A DNA stretch of 64,000 bases, taken from assembly GCF_036321535.1 (NCBI RefSeq), contig NC_087437.1, forward strand, positions 103,046,001 through 103,110,000, read 5' to 3'. The notes below the pieces were generated by a model that worked only from the letters and a program-made list of their open reading frames with translations, was not told the origin of the DNA and searched no databases. This DNA comes from Camelus dromedarius (Eukaryota). The position numbers and the translations under genes were made by a program. Of this stretch, positions 1 to 11,471 are shown piece after piece (position 1 is the stretch's first letter; each line of letters begins with the position of its first letter).

Positions 1-941
1 GGTGAGTCTAATTCTGGTCCAGTGGTATGTGGTTTTCTGTAACATCCCCTCTTCATGCCAGTCTTGATCCATTCTCTGCAATCTGTGAGCCTCTCACTTA
101 CCATCATCCACAAATTCCCAGTGTAGGCTTGCACTCTAGTTTTTAAGTTTGTCTCCACTATTTTCCCTCAAGACACTGTTACTTTCCTGAAAGGTTATCT
201 CTGCATTTCTGGGAGCAAAGGGTGGTGGGACAAGGTTTTGGGGAGTGGTCACACACCACAATGTCCACCATACCATAAATCTTTCAATTAATGTTAAAAG
301 ATAATTGTAATTATTTTCTGAAGTTTTAGAATATTCAGATGTTTTATTTCAAATTTGACAACAGACTTTTTGAACATCTTGCCTATTTTACCGCTGTTGC
401 CCTGGTTCCTTTACTTATTAATCTTGTGAAAATGAATGTTTAATCATCGTTCCTTATGTAGTTCTCTCTCTCTTCCCTCTGTGTATGCCTCCTACCATGG
501 AAATATTTTAGTAGGTAGTCAGAATGTTTAACTCATATTTTAATTATTGTAGTAACAATATAAGATTTACTCTTTTTAAGCAAGTTTCCAAATTTTGAGC
601 AAAAATTTCCTTTAGCTATTGCCCAGTCTGGTAGCACACGTAAGGCCTAGCCTGGGAATATGGAACAGCTGTCTGAGTATGAATTTCCTCATTTTCTTAA
701 CTAAAAATTTCAGCATAGCTTAAATAAGTTCTGTATTTGGTCTGGTTGTAAGCTGCATAAGAATATAACAGATACAATGTTGTTACATTGTGTTTTACAA
801 AATTTTAATTTCTCTTTACAGGTAATAAAAGCACTGGGGGTAAATAATTGCTATTTAGGTCATGTGGTATAGACATCATGTATTAAAATCTTAGCATTCA
901 TTTTAAAACCATAATTAATTTTACTCCAATCTTTTTTTCAG

Positions 942-1016
942 CTCTTCTTCAAGTGACAATTTCACTTAGCAAAGTAGAGCTTAGCGTGGGCGAATCTAAA
1001 TTCTTCACATGTACAG
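942..1016 (+). CDS. NCAM2: NCAM2 coding exon 2 (75 nt), start of Ig1: (A)[24 protein letters not shown](A)
   Basis: Acceptor ctttttttcag ends at 941, donor CAG|gtacgt at 1017; phase 1/1; manual translation matches the N-terminus of mature NCAM2 as recalled; missed by the ORF track. Confidence 0.97.
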
Positions 1017-1976
1017 GTACGTGTTTCTACAAATATTTTCAGATAACTTGTTTCATGCTTTAAATATTCAAATAATATACTGGCTAAATTTAAGTACTTA
1101 AAAAAATCAACTCTTTAGAAATAAAATTGTATGTTATCATTGGGCTTATAATGATTAGAAAAGTTTTAATAAGTATATTTTACATATTAAACACTATGAA
1201 CTTTATTTCTGTTACTTTCAAGTTACTAACTTTGTGTGCCAAACTAGGTCATTTATTTTGAAAATAATTTATCAGATATAATGTATACACAATAACTTTT
1301 AGTCAATTAAATATTTATCTAAATAGTAATATTAGGATGAATATAAATGTTGTAACTGAACCATTTTTGTTAATAGGAAATGAATAAATTAGATGTAGCA
1401 CATTGCATTATAGTTACATTTGAATGAAAATTTTAGGACAAAGCAAGTCAAATCCATCCTTATGAAAAGTGATTATTTTTAAAGTAAATTATTATTAACC
1501 AGCTCAATTGTATCGCATAATCACAGAATAATGAAATAGTTTAAAATGAATTAAAAATTAAATTGTATTATTTTCTTGGCTTTGCATATTTTAATGATAT
1601 AAATTATATGATGTTAATTGCCTCTATATAATTCATAAGATCAAAGTGACATAATTTAAAAGTATGAATTAACATCACTCAGTGGTACTGAGTTTTGTTC
1701 TTAATAATAGGGCAAAAATAATTAAACATTGTTTTCCTTTTATTTAAAGACATATAACCAAGAGCTATACAGTTGTGGAAGTGGCCTTACCTATGTTAAA
1801 TAGAGTAGTAAAACAAGAATCTAAAAATGAAAATGTGGGAAACCTATGCAAATCAGAACGCTTGCTTGTATTTTTCTGTTACAGTGGTGCCTCTGTTGAT
1901 TCTAAAGTTTCCTGAACATAGACATCTGAAACTCAATCAAATAAGTATGTCTTAAAATTAAACTAGAGGGTAACCA

Positions 1977-2386
1977 TGTTACCAACCTGGGTTCTTGGAC
2001 TCTTTAATGGATAGAAATTGACAAGAGACCAGATAAGGAATTCAGGCAAGGCTTTACTGGGACTCATGCTGCAGCAGGAGGGAGTGAAAACAAGAAACTG
2101 ATTCCATTGCTTGCTCACTGGGTTGGGGGGCGGGGCGAGCTGATCCCTTACATGGGGTGAGGGTAGCATAGGTTGTCTGCCACCCCCTTGGTGGTGCTGG
2201 GTTCAGGGATCATGCATAGTACCCTGCTTTTGCTCAGACGTGGCAGTTGGGGTTTGGCCTTTTTGTATCTTTGTTCATAATTTGCCCCAGCTGCATATGC
2301 ATGCAGTTGTTTTTAGTCTTTTAGAGTTTGTTCAGGTGCAAGCACTGCAGTAAACGGTCCCAGGTCCCAGGTCCCGGCCTATCTCA
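1977..2386 (-). mobile_element. Solo LTR, ERV1-class, MER41-like cetartiodactyl family
   Basis: GC-rich 410-bp island starting TGTTACC and ending CCTATCTCA (TG...CA termini); internal GGTCCCA x3; flanks acca/gtca are only a degenerate TSD; family from recalled resemblance. Confidence 0.7.
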
Positions 2387-3942
2387 GTCATACCTTCACA
2401 GAACTAAATACGAATGTGTCATGTATAGCAAACGAATTTTTATACTGCATTTAAAATCTATGTTTTCAAGAAAAGAAGTTTAATGCTATTTATTAATTTA
2501 TCCAATAGTTCAGTCCTATCAGTAAAATAACATGGAAGGCTTTATGGGGAATTATTAAGTATTAGAATTGTCAGAAAAAAGAGAATTATGACTGCTTTAT
2601 GAAAATCCAGAATAAACTGTCCATGATAGTGAAATTTTATTCCATAGCCTTAAGAATGAAAGTATCCAAAATACTTCACAGAATATCCTTTATAATTTAC
2701 TGTGTAAAGTGGAGTTTTCTATTGCTCAAATTTAAAGTGATGCATATTTAAATTATTCTTTTGTAAGTTCTCAGTGGAGGAGGGAATTAAAGCTAATACT
2801 TCCCCCGAATGAGTCACCCTGTAATGACTATAGTTTTATGTTCAGAAAAACCTGAAGATAATATAACTAAGATCTATTTAATATTTAACTAAACTTACAT
2901 ATTTTTTTCTCAAGCATGTCTAATTTTATATAGGAAGGAAGGCAGTTTGTTTCCAGAGCCATTTCTTGGGGAAAAACTAAGATGGAACAATTTTCTTCAA
3001 AAAGGTCCTACAGATGTTAGTTAACTGTATGCATTTTCCCCCGATACTTTTGAGTTAATAGTGTATACTGCTTCCACAAGTTATCGCTCAAGTAATTAGG
3101 TGAAATGCATCCTTTTGGTGACTAAAAGTAAACACGGGAAGCTTCAGCTTTCACGAAGAGGATAATAACCTAGATTCTGAATTGGAAAACGTAAATAAAT
3201 GTTTACCCTGTAATGATTTGGTTGTGATTGCCTAGCACTATAAGTATCATTTCAATGCATTCTAATTATCATATGATTAAATAGTTAACAGTTTTAGATT
3301 GAAATGATGAAACTACTGATTTCAGTTGGGAAAAGAGATTAGGGCTCTATTTTAAAAATAGTCATTGGTCTTATCTATACAAGTTTAACAACGTGGGAAA
3401 TTCACTCAAATTTCTGTATTAACAAAAGCCAAAGTTTACTTCGTATAAGATTTACATTTTTATGAGCTCTACTGTATGACAGGAAAAAGTGCTATCTCCT
3501 GACCCTAGCAAAAAGACTTGCGCAAGTGAAATCGTGTTAACAATTGTGTTAGCATGTTTCTGTTTAAGTATGTCTATGAAGGGGGTTTATGTTGGACTTG
3601 GTAGCCAAGGTGCTTTCAGTACTTAAGTGTAGTCATAATCCGTAGATTAACATGGTAAAGTTCAAGCTATCATAGCTTAAATACCTTATTTCAAGTTCCC
3701 TAAGGAACTTTTGGGTTTTGCTTACTCAAATGAGATTGCATGCTCAATGTTGGATAAATAAGGATGAACATGTGTGCTAGCATTTGTGTTTACTTTCAAT
3801 TTTGTAAGATTTTCAGATTTCCAGTCTTCTGTTTACATTTTTTTCCTAAATTGTCAAATTTGTTACACAATAGTAAATGCCAATGTCAAAACAAACATTT
3901 GAAACATATTTTCAAACATTTCTTTTCCGTGGCTCTTTGCAG

Positions 3943-4149
3943 CAATTGGTGAACCTGAGAGTATAGATTGGTATAATCCTCAAGGAGAGAAGATAATTTC
4001 AACACAGAGAGTATCGGTGCAAAAGGAAGGTATTAGGTCACGATTAACCATCTACAACGCAAATATAGAAGATGCAGGGATATATCGTTGTCAAGCAACA
4101 GATGCCAAAGGACAGACACAAGAAGCTACAGTTGTTTTGGAAATTTACC
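3943..4149 (+). CDS. NCAM2: NCAM2 coding exon 3 (207 nt), Ig1: (A)[68 protein letters not shown](Q)
   Basis: Acceptor ctctttgcag ends at 3942, donor gtaagt at 4150; Ig motif DAGIYRC; overlaps ORF 4017..4211. Confidence 0.98.
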
Positions 4150-4804
4150 GTAAGTCACGGATTTATAAATTTTACTTGGTTGAAATTGTACTTTCTTATA
4201 AAAAAATTTGAACATGTTAAAATGTATTGAACAATAAAAACTAATACTCATTAAGAACTAACTGTGTTAGGCAATGTGCTGAGACCTTTACAGATATCAG
4301 CTTATTTATATTTTACTGTAGTGCACCTCTAAAATAAAATAGATAATAGATCATAGTGGATTATAAATATATAGATGGCTCCAGTTCTGTTGGTCAAATA
4401 ATATAGATGAAAATGTTTTAATTTTCTGAGGTCATTAAGAATTTTTGAATAAATAGAAAACAGTAGTTTAAGTAGTGATATAAAATTTATTGGGAGTACT
4501 TTTTTCGCTCTGAAAGAAAAGGTTAGAAAAGGTTATTTGTTATTTGTTGTAAATAAAATTACATATGTGATAGCAGCGACCAGTCTAGAATGAGAATTGG
4601 GGAAGGGTCAGTGAACAGGATTTAGACAGAGAACAATCTGAAAACATCTAACCAGAAGAATAACATCTAACCAGATTCTTTACCACTAGGCATTTTCAGT
4701 AACAAGGTTTTCTACATTTACACTTTATTTTATGATTTGAGATTGATTGCTTCCTACATTCCTTTTTCCTTCTCTCTAGGAATTGTTAACCTGTTTAGGA
4801 AACT

Positions 4805-5015
4805 CATTGACTCCCTGGGTTTGAAACCAGGCTCTATCACTTACCCTGTGGCCTTGAGCAATCTCATAATCTCTCTGTCTTGTCGCTTTCATCAATAAAA
4901 TGGGTATAATAGTAATACCTACATTATACATAGAGTTACTTTGAGAACTACATTAATTCATGCATAAAGTGCTTAGAACAGTGCCTAACAATTAATTTGT
5001 GGTAGTCAGTATTTC
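4805..5015 (+). mobile_element. MIR SINE
   Basis: Core-like ctgggtttgaaaccaggctctatcacttac...aaaatgggtataatagtaatacctac...aaagtgcttagaacagtgcct. Confidence 0.8.
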
Positions 5016-5454
5016 TACCAGTGAAAAATTATAAACAGTTTTAAAACACCAGCTCATAAGGCATCTCTTCCTTACAGCTTTATTTTTGTTATTCTAGAAA
5101 CAGGAGATGGAAAAAAAAAAAAAAAGGCTAAATCAGTCCCACAGCATGACTTCCTCTTGGGTGACCAGAGCAATTTGTTAGTGTATTGTTACCCTCATTT
5201 TTCCTGATTTGACCTTCTTTTTTCTCCCTGTTAGTTTCCAAGTTCCTCAAGGAAAGATATTTGACCATCTACTGTACCAATTTCATAAATAGCAAAATAT
5301 TAAATTGAAATGGTCATTTCATAGACATAGTATCTGGAAAGATGTTTCATTTGAAATGATACCAAGGAAGATTCCTGGTGTTTTGTGAAGCAAAAGAATT
5401 TTGTATTTTCTTAGCAAGGACAATGAGTAAAAATTTCTCATCACGCATAAATAT

Positions 5455-5970
5455 CCACATTCATGCATTCTTTCAATACACTTATTGCATTTCTACTACC
5501 TAGCAGACAATGTTCTAATTTCCAGAGACTCAGTAGTGACTAAAACAGAAATCACTGGCCACTTGATGCTAATAATTTCAATGGGTAGAGACAGGCAAAC
5601 AAAAGGTAAGCTGAAACAAATGCATAAGTGCTAGAGATATATTATATAGAATTCAACAGAAAAGAAATTAAGTGCTTTAGAGATACGGGGAGATGGCTAT
5701 TTTGCATGTGGACGTTGGGCAGAAATTTGAGGGGATTTAAGAAAGTGCAAATGCCCTAGAATGACAGCAAATCTGGAGTGCTCAAGGAACTGCCTGGAGT
5801 AGAAACTAGGAGGAGAGAGGAAAAATTGGGATCAGAGTTGTGGGGCAGACGCCAGTTCCTATAGAACCTAGTGTGGCATTGTAAGAGCTTTGAATTTTAT
5901 TCTCAGTGAGATGGGAATTTATCAGGTAGGAGAATTAGATGAACTGGTTTAAGGTTTTAAAGGATCTAAA
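5455..5970 (-). mobile_element. L2 LINE 3' fragment
   Basis: cattcatgcattctttcaatacacttattg... tail followed by purine-rich L2-like body (gaattttattctcagtgagatgggaa); approximate bounds. Confidence 0.65.
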
Positions 5971-6075
5971 TTTACCTCATTTTATTACAGCATCAATAAA
6001 CACAGATTCTGAAATATGTTATTGGGAAAAATAAGCAATAACACTTTTATGGTTTGTTTTACTTTCTTGATGCAG

Positions 6076-6219
6076 AAAAACTCACTTTCAGAGAAGTGGT
6101 ATCTCCTCAAGAGTTCAAACAAGGAGAGAATGCAGAAGTGGTTTGCCGAGTTAGCAGTTCACCTGCACCTGTTGTCAGCTGGTTATATCATAATGAGGAA
6201 GTCACCGCTATTTCCGACA
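6076..6219 (+). CDS. NCAM2: NCAM2 coding exon 4 (144 nt), Ig2 first half: (Q)[47 protein letters not shown](N)
   Basis: Acceptor ttcttgatgcag ends at 6075, donor gttagt at 6220; frame continuous with exons 3 and 5. The listed ORF 6016..6285 is a different, spurious frame. Confidence 0.97.
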
Positions 6220-6361
6220 GTTAGTATTTTGGTAACTCCCTACGTTATATGTTCTAACAATATTGCACTTTTTAAAAAAGACTGAATCTACCTGAACAGA
6301 TATAGCAATTGGATTTTTTGACCCTAAGCGTCAACTGTTTTGAGAACCTCAAAGCTCTGAA

Positions 6362-6568
6362 CTGGGCGTTGACACACTATGGACTTCAGGCTAAATCCAG
6401 CCCTTCTGCTGTTTGTGTAAGGTGCTCTGAGAATACAGCCAAACACAATAGTTACATACTGTCTGCAGCTGGTTTGGGATCAAAATTGAGCAGCTGTGAC
6501 ACAGATGGTTTGGCCTGTGAAGCCTACACAGTTATTGTCTGAAGATTTACAGAGTTTGCTGACCCATC
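6362..6568. mobile_element. MER58A-like hAT-Charlie MITE
   Basis: Collinear with recalled MER58A: ggctaaatccagccc...tacagcc...ttgagcagctgtgacacaga...ggcctgtgaagcct...tttacagagtttgctgaccc. Confidence 0.7.
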
Positions 6569-7594
6569 CTCTAGTCGAGAAAAAATTATATACAAACAGG
6601 ACAAGGATGCTAAATAAATAAGAAATGAATCCTGATACATTGAACTTCTGCATATTATAATTAAAACATGATCCCACAGGCTGACTAGATGTAAACTTAA
6701 AATAATATCTATGCAAATCCTGCGTTTTACTCTGGCACTGCTATTTCAGAGACAACTACATGTTCTAAATATTATGGTGAGATGCATGTGGATAATAGAC
6801 AAAAAAGTACATTCATTCCAGTTGTCTTTATGATTTTGATTTAGACTGAGCTGAAATTCCAGAATAGTATCACATCTGAAATAGAATGCATAATTTGCTT
6901 ACATTATGCTCCTTTAGCATTGTGAATTGGGAGCATTTTCAGTTTAGAATATTTTTCATTGCACCTGCATTGCAGAGAGGTACAAAATAATTGAATCTTT
7001 TAAACTACTTTCCGTCTTGGATGATTTTGTTTTGTGCTTCTCAGTGATGAAACTTCTACAACATAAAGGAGAAAAAGCAGATAATTTCTATTTTTGAATA
7101 TATGCAGAAAATGTATCATGATTATGTTTAATAGTTTTTTTTTAAATTTTGAGAGAATTTTCCTGAACTTGACATTTTTCACTGCTTATCCGTTACTGAC
7201 TAAAACTTTTTCTATCATAATAAGTTAATGAGACATAATACTTTATTTCCTCTTACTTTATTTTCAGATAACTGCTTTAGATTTTACAAATAAATTCCAT
7301 GGGTAAATTGTACAGTATATTTTCAACTTTATTCCTCTCAATAACAAACAAGAGGCAACTCTTATAGCAGTTAAATAACAATGTCTAAACATTTTTAGAT
7401 TACCTCATCTTAGGCTTCAAGTGCACATCTGATTTATTGTAAACCTTAATTACAAAAGGTTTTGAAATGAGTTGTATTTCAAAAAGACACACAGAACAAA
7501 AGCCTCAAAAGCAAAGACTGATGGTCAAGGGCAGTGTTGTTGGAGGAGTGATGCTTCCATGCTTTCAGTTTACGCATTGTTTCCCCGGTATCCC

Positions 7595-7830
7595 AGGATG
7601 GAATGATGTGAAGCTGGAATTCTGTTAACGGCTCTACTCCTTTCCTTGGCCCTGAAGCTTGAACAACTTTTCTAATTGCTCTGCACCTAATTCAGATTCT
7701 TCATCTGTAAACAATATGTCATATGCATTTTAAACAGTGGTTTGAATCTTAAATAAGACAGGCATATAATACGTGTTAAGTAAATGAATGAAATTTTGGG
7801 CCATATATCAGATTCTCAATAAATAACATT
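7595..7830 (+). mobile_element. MIR SINE (degenerate)
   Basis: ttcttcatctgtaaa core and terminal ctcaataaat. Confidence 0.5.
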
Positions 7831-8539
7831 TATTTTTCTCATTGAACTTTTAATTCTTGGGAATCAGTTAAACATAGAAAATTAACACTGAGTTGTGTGG
7901 CAAGCAAAATAGAATTGTTAAAAAAGGATGTAAAATGTGATTTTATTTGGGGATACAAAGGATGTAGGTGAATGTGAAGGACCAACTTTTCTTACCTTTT
8001 AATATTTGAAAAACTTGCCACATATTCATTACTGAACAATTTGTACATTCATAATGGAGTTATAAGAAGTAATATTCTTCAGCTGATTATACCTTATATG
8101 AATGATCCTTTTATTAAAATGAATGAAAAAAGGTTAGGTTTATAACCATGAAAGGAATGTTTATGGGAATTTAGAATAATGTAGTATGTCCAGATAGCTT
8201 TCTGAAGCCTTAACGTAGCACAGGAGTGAAGTTTAGAGGCTCCATGTGAAACAATGGCAGTTTGGAAATGTCCATCTTATTAGCCATGCTTTTTTGGTAG
8301 CCACTGTATGACAAATATTCAGAATTACTATTCTCACAGACTACTCGAAGTGGAGGTTTTCCATGCTGTTTGTTGAAAGGCCATCCATATGCTAAAGAAC
8401 CCACGTGTTCAGGGAGTGCAGACGATATTTTTTATAAAGGCTGATTATCCTGACTTTCAGTGTCACCCTGGTGGAGGGACATGCCATTGCAGATGCCCAT
8501 TCAGCCTCAGCCAGTTTGAATGTTAGCTCTAAAACTTCC

Positions 8540-9150
8540 TGTGGGTTCGTCACCAGTTGTGGGTTCTGGCCAGCAGAAGTCCCACCGAGATGGAATGAAT
8601 TACTCAAGACTCTGAGGAAAAGTCAAGAGAGCGAGAGGGAGTCGGGAGCCAACTCCACAAGCCTCTCAAATCTCCCATATTTATTGAGTACAGTCAAAGG
8701 AGGAATGCAGGAATTTAGGGAAGGACAGGGTGGGATCACAATGAGTACAAAGGCTTTGTTTATTGTTGGTGTTTGGTTCTGACCCTTTTTGGTGAATCAT
8801 GTTCGTGTTGAGCCTTTCAGCTTATCAGGGCAGAACATACGGGAATCAGCTGCTTGACAACTTGGACTCAGGCGGCTGTGCCTGTCTTAGGTTGCCCCCC
8901 TCCGGGGATCTTACCTGTCATTGGCTAACCAGCCTTCTCACCTCTGAGTCTGCAGCTTTTTATAAATTATTTACCATTCCAGCCGAAGGCTGTTTGGGGA
9001 TAGAAGACTAACAGCAGGCACGCTCAGCGTTTATAGCTGGGGGCCTGGGTCATTGCTAAAACCTCAAGGCAGTTACTAAGCACATCTTCTTTAAGGAGAT
9101 AAGCGGCTGGGATCTGTTACAATTTGTTAACCCAATCATGGGCTCCCACA
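8540..9150 (-). mobile_element. Solo LTR (611 bp), probably ERVK/ERV2 class
   Basis: Inverted termini TGTGGG...CCCACA; perfect 6-bp TSD ACTTCC at 8534-8539 and 9151-9156; minus-strand AATAAA at 8680-8685; TATA-like at 8957-8965. Confidence 0.9.
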
Positions 9151-9264
9151 ACTTCCTAAATATTTTGAACATTGTCTAATGAAATACCCTTTCTGCCTCA
9201 AAAACTATGGATAAAATCATCTTGTTCAATAACATTTTTATTTAATCGACTTCCTGTATAAAAA

Positions 9265-10500
9265 TTCATTCAACAGTTACTGAACACCTAGTATATGCCA
9301 TCTGGTGTGCTAGACAGTGATGATTCATGGTTTAAGATGATAAACAATCCACTGTTACAGAAATGACAGGCCAGCCAAGGAAAAAGCACCACTTGGAGGG
9401 TCGGAGTACTCAGATGTATTACGCCGGCGGGCTCAGAGGGGCTTTTGCTCCGAAGCTCTGAGCACCTCCAAGATGTGTGCATGGGGTTTTATAGGGTTAA
9501 TTACAAGCTTGGGGCTATTAGCCAATAAGGCTCGAACAGCAAAACCAAGGAATCGGTACACTGGAGCTTATCTGTTAGGAACAGATCACGTTACTGACAC
9601 TTGTTGAGCTTGGATTTACGAGTTAGCTTGTTAGCCCAGTAAACTGACACTAAACTTCAGATTTATGAGTTAGCCCAGCAGAACTTAGATCAGTAAACTG
9701 TCACTTATTACACTTAGATTTATGAGTTATCTTGTTAGCCCAGCCCAGCTTTTCCTTCACACCACTATTTTAAAAATACTAATAATCTAGTGGAAGAGAT
9801 CAGTAGATAAATCAGTGAAAACAAGGTATGTTGAGGTCTATGATAAGGAAAGTGCAGTGATAGAGGATGATAAAGAAAGAACAGGGAACTAGTTGGGGCA
9901 GAGGAACGTGTTCAAGATGCCTGCTGAGACACAAAAATGCCTTTAAGTAAGAAAAGGAATTAGCCAAGTAGAGTGGTGCAGACTTTTTAGGAGGCAAGAA
10001 CAACATATGCAATGGCCTACAGGTGAAAGCATGAGTGGCACATTCCAGAAACTGAAGTAAGCTGATGATAACCAGAATTTATGACTAAGTACAACTAGAA
10101 CACTTATAATAACAGATAAATATAACTAGGATTTGTAAGTAAAGTGCTAACAAGAAGGGAATCTGGAAAAGAAGTTTGGGTCAAGTCAACATGGCCTTGA
10201 TGTCTCTGTTGAGTTTAGAATCTATACAAAAGGGACATCACTAAAGGGTTTTAATCAAGGCAGTGACATGATCTAATTTCTCTGAGAAATTTCAGGCAGA
10301 GATAGTGACCTAATTTTACATATGCTGAGATCGAAATATTTACAACACTTCCAGGTATGTACATCTGGTAGACTCGCACTGTTCTGGAATTCACAGGAAT
10401 CATCTGGTCTGAAGAAAAAATGAGTCATCAAAATATAGTTGGTAATTGAACCCATAAGAGTAGACGAGGCAAACCATTCAATAATGGCTATGGAACAGGA
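9265..10500 (-). mobile_element. L2 LINE fragment interrupted by the 9353-9761 LTR
   Basis: L2 3' end ttcattcaacagttactgaacacctagtatatgcca; continues after the LTR with gaattagccaag...aacaacatatgcaatggcc...ggttttaatcaaggcagtgacatgatct. Confidence 0.7.
9353..9761 (-). mobile_element. Solo LTR (409 bp), ERV1/gammaretrovirus-like
   Basis: Termini TGTTAC...TTCACA; perfect 4-bp TSD CCAC (9349-9352, 9762-9765); minus-strand TATAAAA at 9487-9493; AATACA at 9415-9420; three U3 direct repeats. Confidence 0.9.
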
Positions 10501-11239
10501 AGAAAAGGGAACTTAGAAAATAACCCACCTAAAGAATCATAAAACAGACACCTTATTGGGTATCATCTGATTTCATTTATTTTTCTTACTGCAATGATGA
10601 ATATCTCAGTGTTTGTAAAACTGAGAGAAATAGTCTCTAATGGTTAAATTGTCCTGATACCCATAGTTACGTGTGATTATTTGAAGCAGTGCTTTCTTCA
10701 AAGGTCCTTGGTAAACACAAAGTAAAGATGTTTTTTGGTTTGATAATTTGCTAACATCATTCCATGGACTTTACATATATATTTAGAATTTGATATGCAA
10801 TTTCCTTGTATTTGTTTTCTGTATGGAAAATTTTTATATACTTTAACATATATAATGGCATATATTTATATGTAGTGGCTTTAGTTTCCTTCTCTAGCCA
10901 TAGAAGTGATGTATTAAAGTTGCTGTTTGAAACTGAAATTTTGCCATCAGAGGGAACATTTATTTTCATTAAAAATATGTATTTTGCAGATTCTTATTTT
11001 TTTCTCTTTTTTATATAGGACATTGCCTTCCTGATTATAATAATGCTTCCCTTTAATCTTTTTTTTAATTGAAGTATAGTTGATTTACCCCTTACTCTTT
11101 TTATTAATTAAACTGTAGCCATTAAAGAACATTACAGTTATAGGATGATACATATTTTAGTAAATTAGAAAATTTAATATTACAATGTCTTAGGTATGAT
11201 TTGGTACATCCATCTCTAAACTTTAACTTTTGATTTATA

Positions 11240-11471
11240 CAGTTGACCCTTGAACAACACACGGGTTAGGGATACCAACTCTACACATAGTTGAAAATTC
11301 AAGTATAGCTTATAGTTGGCCTTCCTTTTCTGCAGTTCCTCCAGATCTGCTGCTCTGCATCCTTGGATTCAACCAACTGCAGATTGTGTAGCACTGTGTT
11401 TACTACTGAAAGACAATTTGCACATACGTGGACCTGCACATTTCAAACCCAGGTTGCTTAAGGGTCAACTG
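11240..11471. mobile_element. MER8/Tigger2-derived MITE (TcMar-Tigger), complete
   Basis: TIRs CAGTTGACCCTTGAACAAC and GTTGCTTAAGGGTCAACTG; TA target duplication on both sides; 232 bp. Confidence 0.9.

Noticed and set aside
6016..6285. 89-aa ORF over exon 4
   Set aside because: Wrong frame; the splice-compatible frame gives the NCAM2 Ig2 sequence.
8471..9011. ORFs of 103 and 70 aa in the GC-rich island
   Set aside because: They overlap or lie inside a solo LTR, show no gag/pol/env/sag similarity that I recognise, and higher GC lengthens chance ORFs.
9613..9745. Repeat-spacer pattern superficially like a CRISPR array
   Set aside because: Imperfect, unevenly spaced U3 repeats within a mammalian LTR; no cas genes; eukaryotic context.
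8540..9761. Possible two-LTR provirus remnant
   Set aside because: The two LTRs are unrelated in sequence, each has its own TSD, and no PBS or PPT is evident between them.
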